Shown one piece after another: positions 38,204 through 48,595 of a DNA stretch of 64,000 bases. The position numbers and the translations under genes were made by a program. Origin of the DNA: an uncultured candidate division Zixibacteria bacterium (lineage in GTDB: Bacteria > Zixibacteria > MSB-5A5 > GN15 > FEB-12); assembly GCA_963664195.1 (NCBI GenBank), contig OY760907.1, positions 160,001-224,000 of the forward strand. The letters run 5' to 3'. The notes beneath the pieces were generated by a model. That model saw only the letters and a list, made by a program, of their open reading frames with translations. It had not been told where the DNA came from and did no database searches. Position 1 is the first letter of the stretch; every line of letters begins with the position of its first letter.

Positions 38204-39085
38204 CTATTCCTTTATATCGGCTGCTGCCGTAGTGATATTTATTGTCTGAGAGTTAGTTGTTGGGGACACCTCGGGCAGAAATTCCGCCCCAAGTGTATTG
38301 GCAAATGTGTTAAGCGCCTGCAAGGCAGGAGATTGCGTGTCGATTGTCGCAATCGGCCGCTGCGTGGCCACCGAACGACGGAAAACCTCGTCCTCGGGCA
38401 CGAATCCCAAAAACGCCGGAATTCTGCCCAGAAACCGATCCGCTACTGCCGAGAACTTCGTCCGAACGTATTTCGACTCGTCCTCGGATTCTGTCCGATT
38501 TACCACCATCCGGCAGTCAATCGATGAATTCTTGTAGTAGAGATATTTGCAAAGACCGTAGCAATCGGCTACCGAAGTCAGCTCCGGCACCATGACCAGC
38601 AGGTTGACATCGGAAGCACTCGCCAGAACGGTCGCCTGCCTGGATATACCCGAGCTGTGATCCATGATGACCACATCATACGCGCCGGTCTGCTTCCTGA
38701 GACCAGCGGCCAGATCGGCGGCATCCGAAGGTGTATCGAATCCTTCGACAGGACCGGTATGCGCTGAGACCAGCACATCCATATTCGGTGAAAAGGGGCG
38801 AACCGCCTCCGCCAGAGACAACTGCCCGCTGATAATTTCCTGGATACCGTAGTCCGCAGCGATGTTGGCCAGCACTGCGATATTGCCGGTCGAGAAATCA
38901 GCGTCAACAACCAGTACCCGGTAACCGTGATCCGCCAACCGCTCGGCCAGGTTGAACGCGAGCACCGATTTGCCCACTCCTCCCTTGCCGGACAGAACTG
39001 ACACAAATGTCGTCCCGTCGACATCGATCGACCGCAGGCTCCTGACCAGTTGCTGCCGCCTATCCATTGTTGACCTCCTCACCAA
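38204..39085 (-). CDS. flhG: MinD-like ATPase FlhG/FleN
   Basis: SGKGGVGKS, DADFSTGN, PELTSVADCY; lies between flhF and fliA. Confidence 0.9.
   Translation of the reverse strand: MVRRSTMDRRQQLVRSLRSIDVDGTTFVSVLSGKGGVGKSVLAFNLAERLADHGYRVLVVDADFSTGNIAVLANIAADYGIQEIISGQLSLAEAVRPFSPNMDVLVSAHTGPVEGFDTPSDAADLAAGLRKQTGAYDVVIMDHSSGISRQATVLASASDVNLLVMVPELTSVADCYGLCKYLYYKNSSIDCRMVVNRTESEDESKYVRTKFSAVADRFLGRIPAFLGFVPEDEVFRRSVATQRPIATIDTQSPALQALNTFANTLGAEFLPEVSPTTNSQTINITTAAADIKE
38214..38241 (-). promoter_or_regulatory. sigma28 promoter inside the 3' end of flhG
   Basis: TAAA-N16-GCCGATAT. Confidence 0.65.
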
Positions 39086-40250
39086 GGATCCTGGTTGTTA
39101 TCTCAGAAGCGTCGGGAGTGCGAAGTTGCCCGGTGCCGCTGGATGAATCGGCCGTGAGAACTATCTTGAGACCGGTAGCTTCGGCGGCGGTAATCATCGC
39201 GCCCCAGCAATCGGTCAGGTCTGTCATGGAGAAGACAAGCGCGGTCGGTTCGAGCGACTCGATACGCTTGCAGATTCTTTCGATATCGGTTGACCGGATC
39301 ATGGTCGAGATTACGACCAGGCGATGAGTCGGCTTAATGCGATCAAGCTGCTCTTTCATCCCGGCAATGCGCTCATCATCGAGCACCAGTGCGCCGGTAT
39401 CAACGAGAAGCACTTTGTCGTTGTCTCCGTTGTTCTCGGTCGAAGGCTCCTGTGCGAGGAGGATCGTAGGATCGGCCACTGTTATGCCGAGCATGTCGCC
39501 GTAGCTTTCGATTTCATCGAGAGCGCCGACCTTGTAACTGTCGAGCGTCATCAGCTTGATCGCAGCCTTCCTCTGCATGACCAGCGAAGAGGCCAGTTTC
39601 CCGACAGTCGAAGTCTTACCGGAGCCGGCTGGTCCCATGACCACCACCCGGTCACCGGCGGCGAATGCAGATTCGGATTCGATATAGTCAGATATTTTGT
39701 TAGTCAGCTCGTTGCGAACAAGGTCTTCGGTGATGTCGGTGTCGACATGGTTCTCACGAAGCGTATTGAAGAAGGTCGCGATGAACTGCTCCGGGACATC
39801 GGCAGAACGCATTGCGGTGACGGCGCTTGCGATGGCCCCCAGACGCAGCGAAACACCAGCCGTCGCCAGATTGTCCTTGAGGAGAATCTGGTCGATCTTG
39901 GCATCCATCTCCGTCAGCCGTTCTTCCAGCGCGCTCGTGTCTGCGACTGTCGCATTAATGCTAACCGACGCCTGCGACTCTTCAACCGGAGTCTCGAAGG
40001 AAACTTCAGCCGCCGGTGCTTCTGCAACAGCCGTAACCGATTGCGGAAGGCGCGAGTTATCATTCCGCAGCACCTTCTCTGCCTGAGCGGCAGTCGGCTT
40101 ATCCAGACAGGCGGTAACTTCAAACTCCGGAATGCCACCGCCCCCGGTGACCTTGCGGGTCTTGAGAACCACAGCATCGCCGCCCATTTCCGCGCGAACA
40201 TCCTTGAGCGCGGCAGACACCGAATCGGCAATGAATGATCTAATTATCAT
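39060..40250 (-). CDS. flhF: FlhF SRP-family GTPase with degenerate motifs
   Basis: VRAEMGGDAVVL, GPAGSGKTST, DSYKVGA; follows flhA. Confidence 0.88.
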   Translation of the reverse strand: MIIRSFIADSVSAALKDVRAEMGGDAVVLKTRKVTGGGGIPEFEVTACLDKPTAAQAEKVLRNDNSRLPQSVTAVAEAPAAEVSFETPVEESQASVSINATVADTSALEERLTEMDAKIDQILLKDNLATAGVSLRLGAIASAVTAMRSADVPEQFIATFFNTLRENHVDTDITEDLVRNELTNKISDYIESESAFAAGDRVVVMGPAGSGKTSTVGKLASSLVMQRKAAIKLMTLDSYKVGALDEIESYGDMLGITVADPTILLAQEPSTENNGDNDKVLLVDTGALVLDDERIAGMKEQLDRIKPTHRLVVISTMIRSTDIERICKRIESLEPTALVFSMTDLTDCWGAMITAAEATGLKIVLTADSSSGTGQLRTPDASEITTRILGEEVNNG

Positions 40251-42321
40251 CTTGGAACCTCACCATCCCTGTGGAGACGATTTCCACATTGGGTACGATT
40301 TCGTTGTAGGACACAATCGCCAGCGCGGGATACGTGACCTCGACCAGTCTCCGTAGTGCCAAACGGACGTTCGGCGAGCAGATACACACCGCCGTGAGTC
40401 CGGCGTTCTGCATCCGTTCCGTCTGCTGTCCAATCTGCTCCAGGAGTTTTTCGGTCATGGCCGGTTCGAGTACGAGCATGAGGCCCTGCTTGGTGTTCTG
40501 CACCGAGTCGGCCAGATGCTGCTCGACAGCCGGGTCAATCGTGTACACGTTAATCCTGCCGGTGTTGTCCTTGTACATTTCCGTGATTTGTCGCTTAAGC
40601 GCCATGCGGACGTACTCCGCAAGAACGTCCGGTTCTTTCGTGGCGCCGATGTAGTCTGAAGTCGTTTCGACGATAGTCGCCAGATCGCGTACCGGCACTC
40701 GTTCCGCGAGCAGCGTCTGGAGCACCTTGTGCAGCGTACCGAGCGGAACCAGTTCTGGAATGACCGCGTCAACCAGCGCCGGGTAATCTTCCTTGAGCGT
40801 CTCGACCAGATGCTGGACATCCTGTCGCGTGAGAATCTCCGGCGCGCTGTTGCGAACCACCTCGGTAAGATGCGTCGCCAGAGTTGCCGAGGGTTCCACG
40901 ACCGTGTAGTTGTTGGCCTCGGCGACTTCCTTGAGCGTAGGAATAATCCATGTCGCGTTCAAACCGAATGCAGGCTCCCTCACATCAAAACCATCGAGTT
41001 TCTCATCCACGAATCCGGGGTTGATCGCCAGGTAGTGATCCGGCATAAGCTCGGAACCGGCCACCCGGATTCCCTTGATCTTGACCTGGTACTCATTCGG
41101 CTTGAGCTGCACATTGTCGCGGATACGGACCGACGGCACAATGATACCGAGTTCCGAAGCCAGTTGTTTTCTGATCGTTGATATTCTTTCGAGGAGGTCA
41201 CCGCCCTGATTGGCGTCAACCATCGGAATTAGACCGTAGCCAATCTCCAGACCGATCTGATCGACCTTGAGAAGATCCTCTGTTCTCGCTTCAGCGACTG
41301 GCGCCTGATCGACTGTTGACTTGGCCTCTTCCTCGGCCTGCTGAAGGCGAGCCTTCTGCGCCTCACGAGTCACGTAACCTATGCCGCCCATCACCAGTCC
41401 AATGACGAGGAAAGTGGCGGTCGGCATTCCGGGGACCAGCCCGAACAGTATCAGCACAACCGACGTCACCAGAATCGCGCGCGGCTGGCGCGTGAGCTGG
41501 GTGGTCAGGTCAGTACCCATATTTGAAGATGAGGCGGCGCGCGTAACGATCACACCTGAGGCAGTCGAAACCAGCAGGGCCGGAATCTGCGTGACGAGGC
41601 CGTCACCGATCGACAGCAGCGAATACGTCTTGAGCGACTCGGCCAGAGACATATCGTTCATCGCGGCACCAATAATGAAGCCGCCTATGATATTGATTAG
41701 CGTAATCAGGATACCAGCAACAGCGTCACCGCGGACAAACTTCGAGGCACCGTCCATTGCGCCGTAGAAATCAGCTTCCTGCGAAATCTCTTCGCGGCGC
41801 GTACGGGCTACTTCGTCAGTGATGATACCGGCGTTGAGATCGGCGTCGATGGCCATCTGCTTGCCCGGCATGGCATCCAAGGTGAATCGGGCGGCTACTT
41901 CAGAAATACGCCCGGCACCTTTGGTGATAACGACAAACTGGATGATGACCAGAATGACGAAGATGATGAACCCGACTACGTAGTTGCCCTGCACAACGAA
42001 GTTGCCAAACGAGTTGATGACTTCTCCGGCATACCCCTCGCCAAGGATCAAACGCGTGGATGCCACATTCAGCGACAGGCGCATCAGCGTGACGATCAGC
42101 AGCATTCCCGGGAAGACCGAAAGCTCGAGCGGACGGGTGACGTACAACGTCGTCAACAACACCACCAGCGAAAAGGTGATATTGAAAGCCAGTGCAAAAT
42201 CGAGAAAACCCGACGGTACCGGAATGATCAACACAGTGATGATGCCCATCACAGCAGCAGCCAACACGATATCGGATCGTGCGGCGAGAGTGCTGAGCAG
42301 GCCTGACTTCTGCGTTGCCAT
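40240..42321 (-). CDS. flhA: Flagellar export gate protein FlhA
   Basis: RISEVAARFTLDAMPGKQMAIDADL, FYGAMDGASKFVRGDA. Confidence 0.98.
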   Translation of the reverse strand: MATQKSGLLSTLAARSDIVLAAAVMGIITVLIIPVPSGFLDFALAFNITFSLVVLLTTLYVTRPLELSVFPGMLLIVTLMRLSLNVASTRLILGEGYAGEVINSFGNFVVQGNYVVGFIIFVILVIIQFVVITKGAGRISEVAARFTLDAMPGKQMAIDADLNAGIITDEVARTRREEISQEADFYGAMDGASKFVRGDAVAGILITLINIIGGFIIGAAMNDMSLAESLKTYSLLSIGDGLVTQIPALLVSTASGVIVTRAASSSNMGTDLTTQLTRQPRAILVTSVVLILFGLVPGMPTATFLVIGLVMGGIGYVTREAQKARLQQAEEEAKSTVDQAPVAEARTEDLLKVDQIGLEIGYGLIPMVDANQGGDLLERISTIRKQLASELGIIVPSVRIRDNVQLKPNEYQVKIKGIRVAGSELMPDHYLAINPGFVDEKLDGFDVREPAFGLNATWIIPTLKEVAEANNYTVVEPSATLATHLTEVVRNSAPEILTRQDVQHLVETLKEDYPALVDAVIPELVPLGTLHKVLQTLLAERVPVRDLATIVETTSDYIGATKEPDVLAEYVRMALKRQITEMYKDNTGRINVYTIDPAVEQHLADSVQNTKQGLMLVLEPAMTEKLLEQIGQQTERMQNAGLTAVCICSPNVRLALRRLVEVTYPALAIVSYNEIVPNVEIVSTGMVRFQDDN

Positions 42322-42325
42322 AGTC

Positions 42326-43396
42326 CTAGTTTACCGTCTTGCGTTTGAGTTTGTAGATGTGTGCGAGTATTTCGGCGACGGCTTTGTAGAGGCTGGCCGG
42401 GACCAGATCGCCTATGTCGCACATCTTGAACAGGGAGCGCGCCAGGGGCTTGTCCTCGATAATCGGGATGTCATGCTCTCTGGCGATTTCCTTTATCTTC
42501 TGCGCCACGAGTTCCTTACCCTTGGCGATAACTGTCGGGGCGTCCATTTCGTCTGGAGCATACTTGAGGGCCACCGCGATGTGAGTCGGGTTGGTGACTA
42601 CCACGTCTGCGGTCGGGACGGCATCCATCATGCGCCGGCGTGACATTTCACGCTGAATCTGCCGCACGCGGGCCTTGATCTGGGGGTTACCCTCGGTGTC
42701 TTTGTATTCGTCCTTAACTTCCTGTTTGGACATCTTGATCGACTTGTTGAACTCGTAGCGCTGATATGCGAAGTCGATCGCGGCGATAACCAGCATGGCG
42801 GCACCAATCTTCAGCGCCACCTGCAAAACCAGCAGACCAAGCGTGGCGCCGAGTTGCGAGACACTCATGTCCGGAAGCCCGAAGAAGCTGTCGAACTCTC
42901 CGCGAATCGCGAAGTAACCGACCACCGCCACGGCCAGAAGCTTGAGCGGGTCACGTACGAGCTGCACGAGGGATTTCATCGAAAACTTGTTTTTGAGTCC
43001 CTTGATGACGTCGAGCTTCTCGAACTTCGGCTCCATCGCCTTCGGCGTGATCTTGAATCCGACCTGCGCAACGTTGACGCCGAAACCGATTACCGCCATC
43101 GCCAACAGGAGCGGCAGCACAATCTTCAGGAAGCCGATGACCTGCCCGGAGAAAATCGAGTAGTACGACGGGTCGGAAACGGCGATTGTCGCCGCGTTTC
43201 CGAAAGTGTTGCGCATGAGGTCCTCCACCTGGCCGACCATCTGCGGGCCGAGCATGAACAGCGTCGTGAAGCCAAGACAAATCATCACAGCCCCGTTAAG
43301 CTCCATCGACTTGGCAACCTGTCCCTTCTCTCGCGCTTTGTCGCGCCGTCTGGGAGTTGCTTGCTCGGTTCTTTCCTGGAAACTCTCGTCAGCCAT
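42326..43396 (-). CDS. flhB: Flagellar export protein FlhB
   Basis: ERTEQATPRR, EGNPQIK, NPTH cleavage motif. Confidence 0.98.
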   Translation of the reverse strand: MADESFQERTEQATPRRRDKAREKGQVAKSMELNGAVMICLGFTTLFMLGPQMVGQVEDLMRNTFGNAATIAVSDPSYYSIFSGQVIGFLKIVLPLLLAMAVIGFGVNVAQVGFKITPKAMEPKFEKLDVIKGLKNKFSMKSLVQLVRDPLKLLAVAVVGYFAIRGEFDSFFGLPDMSVSQLGATLGLLVLQVALKIGAAMLVIAAIDFAYQRYEFNKSIKMSKQEVKDEYKDTEGNPQIKARVRQIQREMSRRRMMDAVPTADVVVTNPTHIAVALKYAPDEMDAPTVIAKGKELVAQKIKEIAREHDIPIIEDKPLARSLFKMCDIGDLVPASLYKAVAEILAHIYKLKRKTVN

Positions 43397-43402
43397 GACC
43401 CT

Positions 43403-44191
43403 TTAGGCTTTCCCCATCGAGTGCACAAGCATCCCGACAGATTCGTTGAGGTAAGCGGTTGACTTTTCCAGGACGTAGCCGAAAATCGGAAGCGACATCG
43501 CCGTCACGGCGAGACCGACTCCCAGCTTGAGCGGGAAACCGACAATGAAAATGTTCATGGACGGCATCATCTTGGCCATCGTGCCAAGAGCGACATCCGT
43601 CAGAACAAGCGTCACGATTACTGGTGAGGCGATCTTGACCGCCAGCACGAGCGTATACGACGTGTATTTCAGGATCAATTCAGCGGTACCGCCCTGAATG
43701 AGCACTTGTCCCGGCGGAATGATCTGGAAACTCTCGTTGAAAGCCTGGATAACCAGGTGATGACCGTTGATGGCCATGAAAATCAAGCTGGCCAGCAAAA
43801 TCCAGAGCCGCCCGATAATCGCGACCTGCCCGCCTGCGTTCGGATCAAAAGCCTGCGCCACGACCAGGCCGATCTGGAAACCGGTCAGCGCTCCGGCCAT
43901 TTCAGCCGCCTTGAACAGCAGGCTGAAAAAGAATCCCAGCAACAGGCCTACCATCAGCTCGCGCAGGACCATGCCGGCAAGCTCCACGGTCGATCCGGCT
44001 TCGGGGATCGTGACGTCGTGAAGGCTGGGGGAAACAACGATTGCGAGGAGAATCATCAGGCCAATCTTCACTGTTATCGGCACTGATTTGTGGCCCAGAA
44101 TCGGGGCGGCCAGAAACAATCCTGAACCCCGAAATATCAACAGGAAGAACATCTGAAGTTTGGCTGTTGAGTAGGCTGCGAATTCAAACAA
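43403..44191 (-). CDS. fliR: Flagellar export protein FliR
   Basis: Multi-TM; INGHH, PSMNIFIVGFP. Confidence 0.95.
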   Translation of the reverse strand: MFEFAAYSTAKLQMFFLLIFRGSGLFLAAPILGHKSVPITVKIGLMILLAIVVSPSLHDVTIPEAGSTVELAGMVLRELMVGLLLGFFFSLLFKAAEMAGALTGFQIGLVVAQAFDPNAGGQVAIIGRLWILLASLIFMAINGHHLVIQAFNESFQIIPPGQVLIQGGTAELILKYTSYTLVLAVKIASPVIVTLVLTDVALGTMAKMMPSMNIFIVGFPLKLGVGLAVTAMSLPIFGYVLEKSTAYLNESVGMLVHSMGKA

Positions 44192-44235
44192 CGGGTCTAA
44201 TCCTCACAATATGGGCTTATCGTACGTTTCACTAT

Positions 44236-44252
44236 TTCAAGCCGTGTGCCGA
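44236..44252 (-). promoter_or_regulatory. Putative sigma54 promoter of the fliR-flhB-flhA unit
   Basis: TCGGCAC-ACGGC-TTGAA in the fliQ-fliR gap. Confidence 0.55.
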
Positions 44253-44344
44253 AATGAAACGATTGTGAAGATTGTTTTAATGCGTTGTCGGCCAGCAACT
44301 TAAGATCGCGCCGATCGTTGTAAGTGAGAGGGGGACTAATTGCT

Positions 44345-44383
44345 CAGGAAATTATTGCCTGCCGTGCCGGAAAAAAGTTCACG
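44345..44383. promoter_or_regulatory. Tandem enhancer-like boxes
   Basis: CAGGAA-ATTAT-TGCCTG and CCGGAA-AAAAG-TTCACG, starts 22 bp apart. Confidence 0.55.
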
Positions 44384-44409
44384 AGTGTATAATCCATGCA
44401 CAGCCGCAC

Positions 44410-44679
44410 TCAACCTACTAATGTGGGGATCAATTCATACATGTGGCGGGTGAAATCTGTCAGCATGTTGATCATCCAGGGAAGGAACACTATCAACGCG
44501 AGCGCGACAGCCACGATCTTTGGGACGAAAGTGAGGGTCATTTCATTGATCTGTGTGACGGCCTGAAACACTGAGATAATCAAACCAATGACAAGACCGA
44601 AAGCCAGCATCGGAGCGGCTACCATCAGGGTAACCGAAAGCGCCTCACGTCCTATAGCAACAACCATTTGCGGATTCAC
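44410..44679 (-). CDS. fliQ: Flagellar export protein FliQ
   Basis: QAVTQINEMTLTFVPK; GTG 44679 with AGGAG. Confidence 0.96.
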   Translation of the reverse strand: MNPQMVVAIGREALSVTLMVAAPMLAFGLVIGLIISVFQAVTQINEMTLTFVPKIVAVALALIVFLPWMINMLTDFTRHMYELIPTLVG

Positions 44680-44693
44680 GGCATAACTCCTTG

Positions 44694-45446
44694 CTAGAGG
44701 TGGAATGAGGCCACCAGTGACTTGATTAGCAGATACCATCCGTCCACCAACACGAACAGGAGGATCTTAAACGGCAGTGACACAATGATCGGCGGCAACA
44801 TCATCATACCCATGGACATCAGCACCGAGGCCACGACCATGTCGATCACGAGGAACGGGATGAAAATCACAAACGCGATCTGGAAAGCGGTACGAAGCTC
44901 CGAAATGACGAATCCCGGCACCAGCACATGAAGCGGCACATCTTCGGCCGTTTCCGGTGCTTCCAGTCCGGCTATCTCCACAAACAGAGCCAGATCCTGC
45001 TCACGTGTCTGAGCCAGCATGAATTTCTTGAAGGGGTTGGACGCCTTGTCGAACGCCTCTTCCCCGGATATCTGTTCGTCCATATACGGCTTGATGCCCT
45101 CGTCGTAAGCCTGGTTGGCCACCGGCGACATAATGAAGAACGTCAGGATCATAGCCAACCCTACCAACAACTGGTTCGGCGGCATCTGATTGGCGCCCAT
45201 CGCCTGGCGAAGGAACGAGAGGACGATTGCTATGCGAATAAACGAAGTCACCATGATCAGCAGCGAGGGCGCCAGCGCCAACACTGTGAGCATAAGAACT
45301 ACTTGAAGCGTCGTGGAGAGATCAGTCGCGTCGGCAACTTCGCCGACTTCCACTGAAACCTTCGGAATCGACTGGGCGGCGGTGTTGACTGCAAGAACCA
45401 GCCCGGTGCCGACCAGGTATGAGAGAAATCTAAGTGCTTGTTTCAT
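44694..45446 (-). CDS. fliP: Flagellar export protein FliP
   Basis: TSFIRI, PPNQ, SELRTAFQI, MGMMMLPP...LPFKILLFVLVDGW. Confidence 0.97.
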   Translation of the reverse strand: MKQALRFLSYLVGTGLVLAVNTAAQSIPKVSVEVGEVADATDLSTTLQVVLMLTVLALAPSLLIMVTSFIRIAIVLSFLRQAMGANQMPPNQLLVGLAMILTFFIMSPVANQAYDEGIKPYMDEQISGEEAFDKASNPFKKFMLAQTREQDLALFVEIAGLEAPETAEDVPLHVLVPGFVISELRTAFQIAFVIFIPFLVIDMVVASVLMSMGMMMLPPIIVSLPFKILLFVLVDGWYLLIKSLVASFHL

Positions 45447-45531
45447 ATCCTATATGCTTCGCTAAGCTGCGGCGGCAACTTCCATGTTACGCGCACTGGT
45501 TTGGTCGCCTTCTTGGCAACCGGTCATCGAA

Positions 45532-46101
45532 TCATGAATTTCCCAATACCGTTCGTTTGCTCCTCAACGTAAAACTCCTGAGCCGTCCGGTAGCGTTCTT
45601 GAGCGTGCCGGCAAAACTGTCCCCTGCCTCCTGGCTGGGAGCCTGCGCGTACATCTCTTGAGTCTCTGCTTCGTCCAACTCGGTGAGCGTTGATATGCGG
45701 CTGTCTGTCACCCCCACCAGAACAGATCGCTTGCCGACCTTCACCAGCGAAATCGCCTTATGCGGGCCGAGGTGTGTCGTCTGGAGAACTTCCAGAACAT
45801 CGCTTTTCGTATTCTGCCCGGGGCGCTTCTGCGTCAGCCGTTTCAGCAGGTAAATGCCGAGATACACCGAAGCAATCACCACAACCAGCGCACTGATCAT
45901 CTTGACAATCGCGCCAATCACACCGGTTTCCTGAGCGGTCGGCACACCGGATTCTGACTGCAGAGCAGTCCCTGGGGCAACCTGGCCGGAACCGTCAGCG
46001 CTGACTCTGTCGACTTGGACCATGAACAGTCCTACAAAGGCCAGACACAGTATTACGGCCACGGTCAGCAGCATACGCTTGTTCTGCCTATTCTTCCGCA
46101 A
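45532..46101 (-). CDS. fliO: Flagellar protein FliO
   Basis: TM then LGPHKAISLVKVG...VGVT; between fliN and fliP. Confidence 0.88.
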   Translation of the reverse strand: MRKNRQNKRMLLTVAVILCLAFVGLFMVQVDRVSADGSGQVAPGTALQSESGVPTAQETGVIGAIVKMISALVVVIASVYLGIYLLKRLTQKRPGQNTKSDVLEVLQTTHLGPHKAISLVKVGKRSVLVGVTDSRISTLTELDEAETQEMYAQAPSQEAGDSFAGTLKNATGRLRSFTLRSKRTVLGNS

Positions 46102-46750
46102 GGGCTTTCAACCTTTCTTCGGGAGTCATGAGCTGCGTGATACGAAGACCGAAGTTTTCGTCCACCACCACAACTTCACCCTTGGCCACAACCTTGTGGT
46201 TCACCAGGAGGTCCACCGGTTCACCGGCAAGCTTGTTCAATTCCACGACCGAACCGGGGCCAAGCCCTAGAATATCCGAGATGCTCATTTTGGTCCGACC
46301 GAGTTCTATTGAAATCGGCAGGTCCACATCCATGAGCAGGTCGATATTCTGGCGCGAGGTCTGCCCCGCCGGTTCCTGCAGGTGCTGAAATTCGGCATTG
46401 GAGACAGAGGCCGACCCAAAGGCGATATCATCCGGCGTAGCACCCGATTCCTCGTCGGGCAGTCCTTCCAACATCTCAAGCATGGCTGCCTCGGCGTCGT
46501 CTTCGGGGACGTCGCTGTCGTTGACGACCTTAAATTCATCTTCATCAACGGCGTCTGCGAGCGCGTCGTCCTGAAGGGATTCGCCATCCGGGATATCGCT
46601 GCCTGCCGAAAGGGCGTCTATCTCTTCCTGAGAAAGCTGCTCCGCGGCTCCGGCGTCATCGGCGGCGGAATCGGGAGCTTCAACCGCGGCGACCTCATCC
46701 TGAGGCTGTCCTGAATCAGCGGAAAGATCCTTATCCAGCTCGTCACTCAT
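46088..46750 (-). CDS. fliN: Motor switch protein FliN
   Basis: IDLLMDV...ELGRTK...LAGEPVD...GEVVVVDENFG; acidic N-terminus with LSQEEIDAL. Confidence 0.95.
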   Translation of the reverse strand: MSDELDKDLSADSGQPQDEVAAVEAPDSAADDAGAAEQLSQEEIDALSAGSDIPDGESLQDDALADAVDEDEFKVVNDSDVPEDDAEAAMLEMLEGLPDEESGATPDDIAFGSASVSNAEFQHLQEPAGQTSRQNIDLLMDVDLPISIELGRTKMSISDILGLGPGSVVELNKLAGEPVDLLVNHKVVAKGEVVVVDENFGLRITQLMTPEERLKALAEE

Positions 46751-47747
46751 TGTTCATCTCCTCTGCGATTATGTCGTGCACTTCAAGCACCTGGAAGGCC
46801 CGTTTCTTCCCCGAAAGACCGGGACGGGCTTCAAACTTTTTACGCCTGTTGACATTAATATCAATTAGTCTGTCTATTTTCTTATCCGACGGGATTATGT
46901 CGCCAACCTTCAGATTGAGGAAGTCGCGCATCTTTATCCTGGAATCCAGCAGCACCGCTGCCAATTCGGCGTGAACCTTCTTCAGGCTGTGCTCGTTGCT
47001 GGCCCGCTCCTGGTCGATATTCTTCTTCTTGGTCGCATCGATCCAGTTCTGCGCGGACAGCTTGGTGATGATCGGCTCCAGCGACATGTACGGGTAGCAA
47101 AGGGTCAGCAATCCGGTCGCCTGGAACAGCTTTACCTGGAAGGAAATCACTACCACCGTTTCCCCCGGAGGTACAATCTGGATGAACTGCGGGTTGGTCT
47201 CGAAACTCTTTTGCTCAATGTCGATCTCAACCAGATGTTCCCAGGACTTGCGCAATTCCACATACAGACGCTTCACCAGCGTGGACATAACTGAACGCTC
47301 GATACCCGTCAGCTCTCGTTCCGTCTCCAGAATCTTGCCATGGCCGCCGAACATCCGGTCGATTACTGAAAAGGTCATCGTCGGGTTGAAATCGACCAGG
47401 CAGACACCCTCCAGTGGCGGGGCCCCGTAGGTGTACGTGCACGACGGTGACACGAGCGACATGATAAACTCGCTGTACGTGATCTGGTCAACAGACACGA
47501 GGTCAACGTCGACAATCGTGCGGAGGACGGTCGACAGGGCCGAACCGAAATGTCCGGCGAAGTTGTCGTGCATATTCTCCAGCGTCCGAATCTGATCCTT
47601 GGATACGCGATTCGGGTGCTTGAAATCGTATGCTACGACAGACCTGAGCTTTTCGTCTTCGTACGCACCTGTATCAGCCTCCGGTTCGCCACTGGTTACA
47701 GTGGTCAACAGGGCATCAATTTCGTCTTGTGAAAGTATCTTCGCCAA
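46743..47747 (-). CDS. fliM: Motor switch protein FliM
   Basis: ILSQDEIDALL, YDFKHPNRVSK, ETNPQF. Confidence 0.97.
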   Translation of the reverse strand: MAKILSQDEIDALLTTVTSGEPEADTGAYEDEKLRSVVAYDFKHPNRVSKDQIRTLENMHDNFAGHFGSALSTVLRTIVDVDLVSVDQITYSEFIMSLVSPSCTYTYGAPPLEGVCLVDFNPTMTFSVIDRMFGGHGKILETERELTGIERSVMSTLVKRLYVELRKSWEHLVEIDIEQKSFETNPQFIQIVPPGETVVVISFQVKLFQATGLLTLCYPYMSLEPIITKLSAQNWIDATKKKNIDQERASNEHSLKKVHAELAAVLLDSRIKMRDFLNLKVGDIIPSDKKIDRLIDINVNRRKKFEARPGLSGKKRAFQVLEVHDIIAEEMNNE

Positions 47748-47758
47748 GGTTCTCTACC

Positions 47759-48358
47759 CTATTGGAGGACAAAGTCCGTATAGTACACGGCACTAATTTC
47801 ATCAGTATTCAGTAGCTGTGAGAGCCGTTTTTTCACCTGGTATCGCACGATCTCCTTCTGCTTGACATCGGTGAGCTGGGCCACCGTTTTCGAAGACAGA
47901 ATAGTGATCAGGGCGTCGCGGACCAGCGGCTGGCGAGCCTCGAACTCCGCGGCCAGTTCCGCAGAGCCAAGCTCAAAGCCAAATGAGACGGACAGGAATC
48001 GCGTTCCGCCGGTTCCGGCAGGATTGACCACAATGTCACCCACCGCAATAACCAGCGACTGCGCTTCGCCGTGTCCACCTGTCTTCTTGTGCGTGTCCTT
48101 TGGCTTGTGTGCGTCTTTTGGCTTGGCGTGTGAGTCTTCCTTCGCATGCTCGACTTGTTCGGTCTCGTCGGCAGCAGGGTCCTCACTCGAATCCGCCATC
48201 ATCGGTTTGATGACAAACAGAGCCAGAGCAAGTCCGATGACCAGCGCGCCGACACCGATGCCGCCAAACAGGATCAACTTGCTGGAACCTTTCTTTGGCC
48301 CCTCTTCCTGATTGTCGTCAGTCACCTCTACGGTGGTTTTTTCGTCTTCAGTCGGCAT
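47759..48358 (-). CDS. fliL: Flagellar basal-body protein FliL
   Basis: TM; IVVNPAG..RFL, VRDALI, VYYTDFVLQ. Confidence 0.93.
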   Translation of the reverse strand: MPTEDEKTTVEVTDDNQEEGPKKGSSKLILFGGIGVGALVIGLALALFVIKPMMADSSEDPAADETEQVEHAKEDSHAKPKDAHKPKDTHKKTGGHGEAQSLVIAVGDIVVNPAGTGGTRFLSVSFGFELGSAELAAEFEARQPLVRDALITILSSKTVAQLTDVKQKEIVRYQVKKRLSQLLNTDEISAVYYTDFVLQ

Positions 48359-48360
48359 TT

Positions 48361-48585
48361 CTATCTCCCATCAATCGGGCTGACTCTGCCCGGTGCTTCC
48401 ACCGGGGCAGAGGCCAGTCTTCTAAACTCCGCCACCCGCGCGATGATTTCGTCGGTAGACTCCTTCACCATGATCTTCTTACCGGTGGTAAGCGAAATCA
48501 TCGTGTCAGGGATGGCTTCAACGAACTCGATCAGATCGGCGTTGATAACCAACTCACTATCGTTTATGCGGGTGACTCGTATCAT
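48361..48585 (-). CDS. flbD: FlbD family protein
   Basis: MIRVTRIN...INADLIEFVE..PDTMI. Confidence 0.93.
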   Translation of the reverse strand: MIRVTRINDSELVINADLIEFVEAIPDTMISLTTGKKIMVKESTDEIIARVAEFRRLASAPVEAPGRVSPIDGR

Positions 48586-48595
48586 TTACTTGCTA

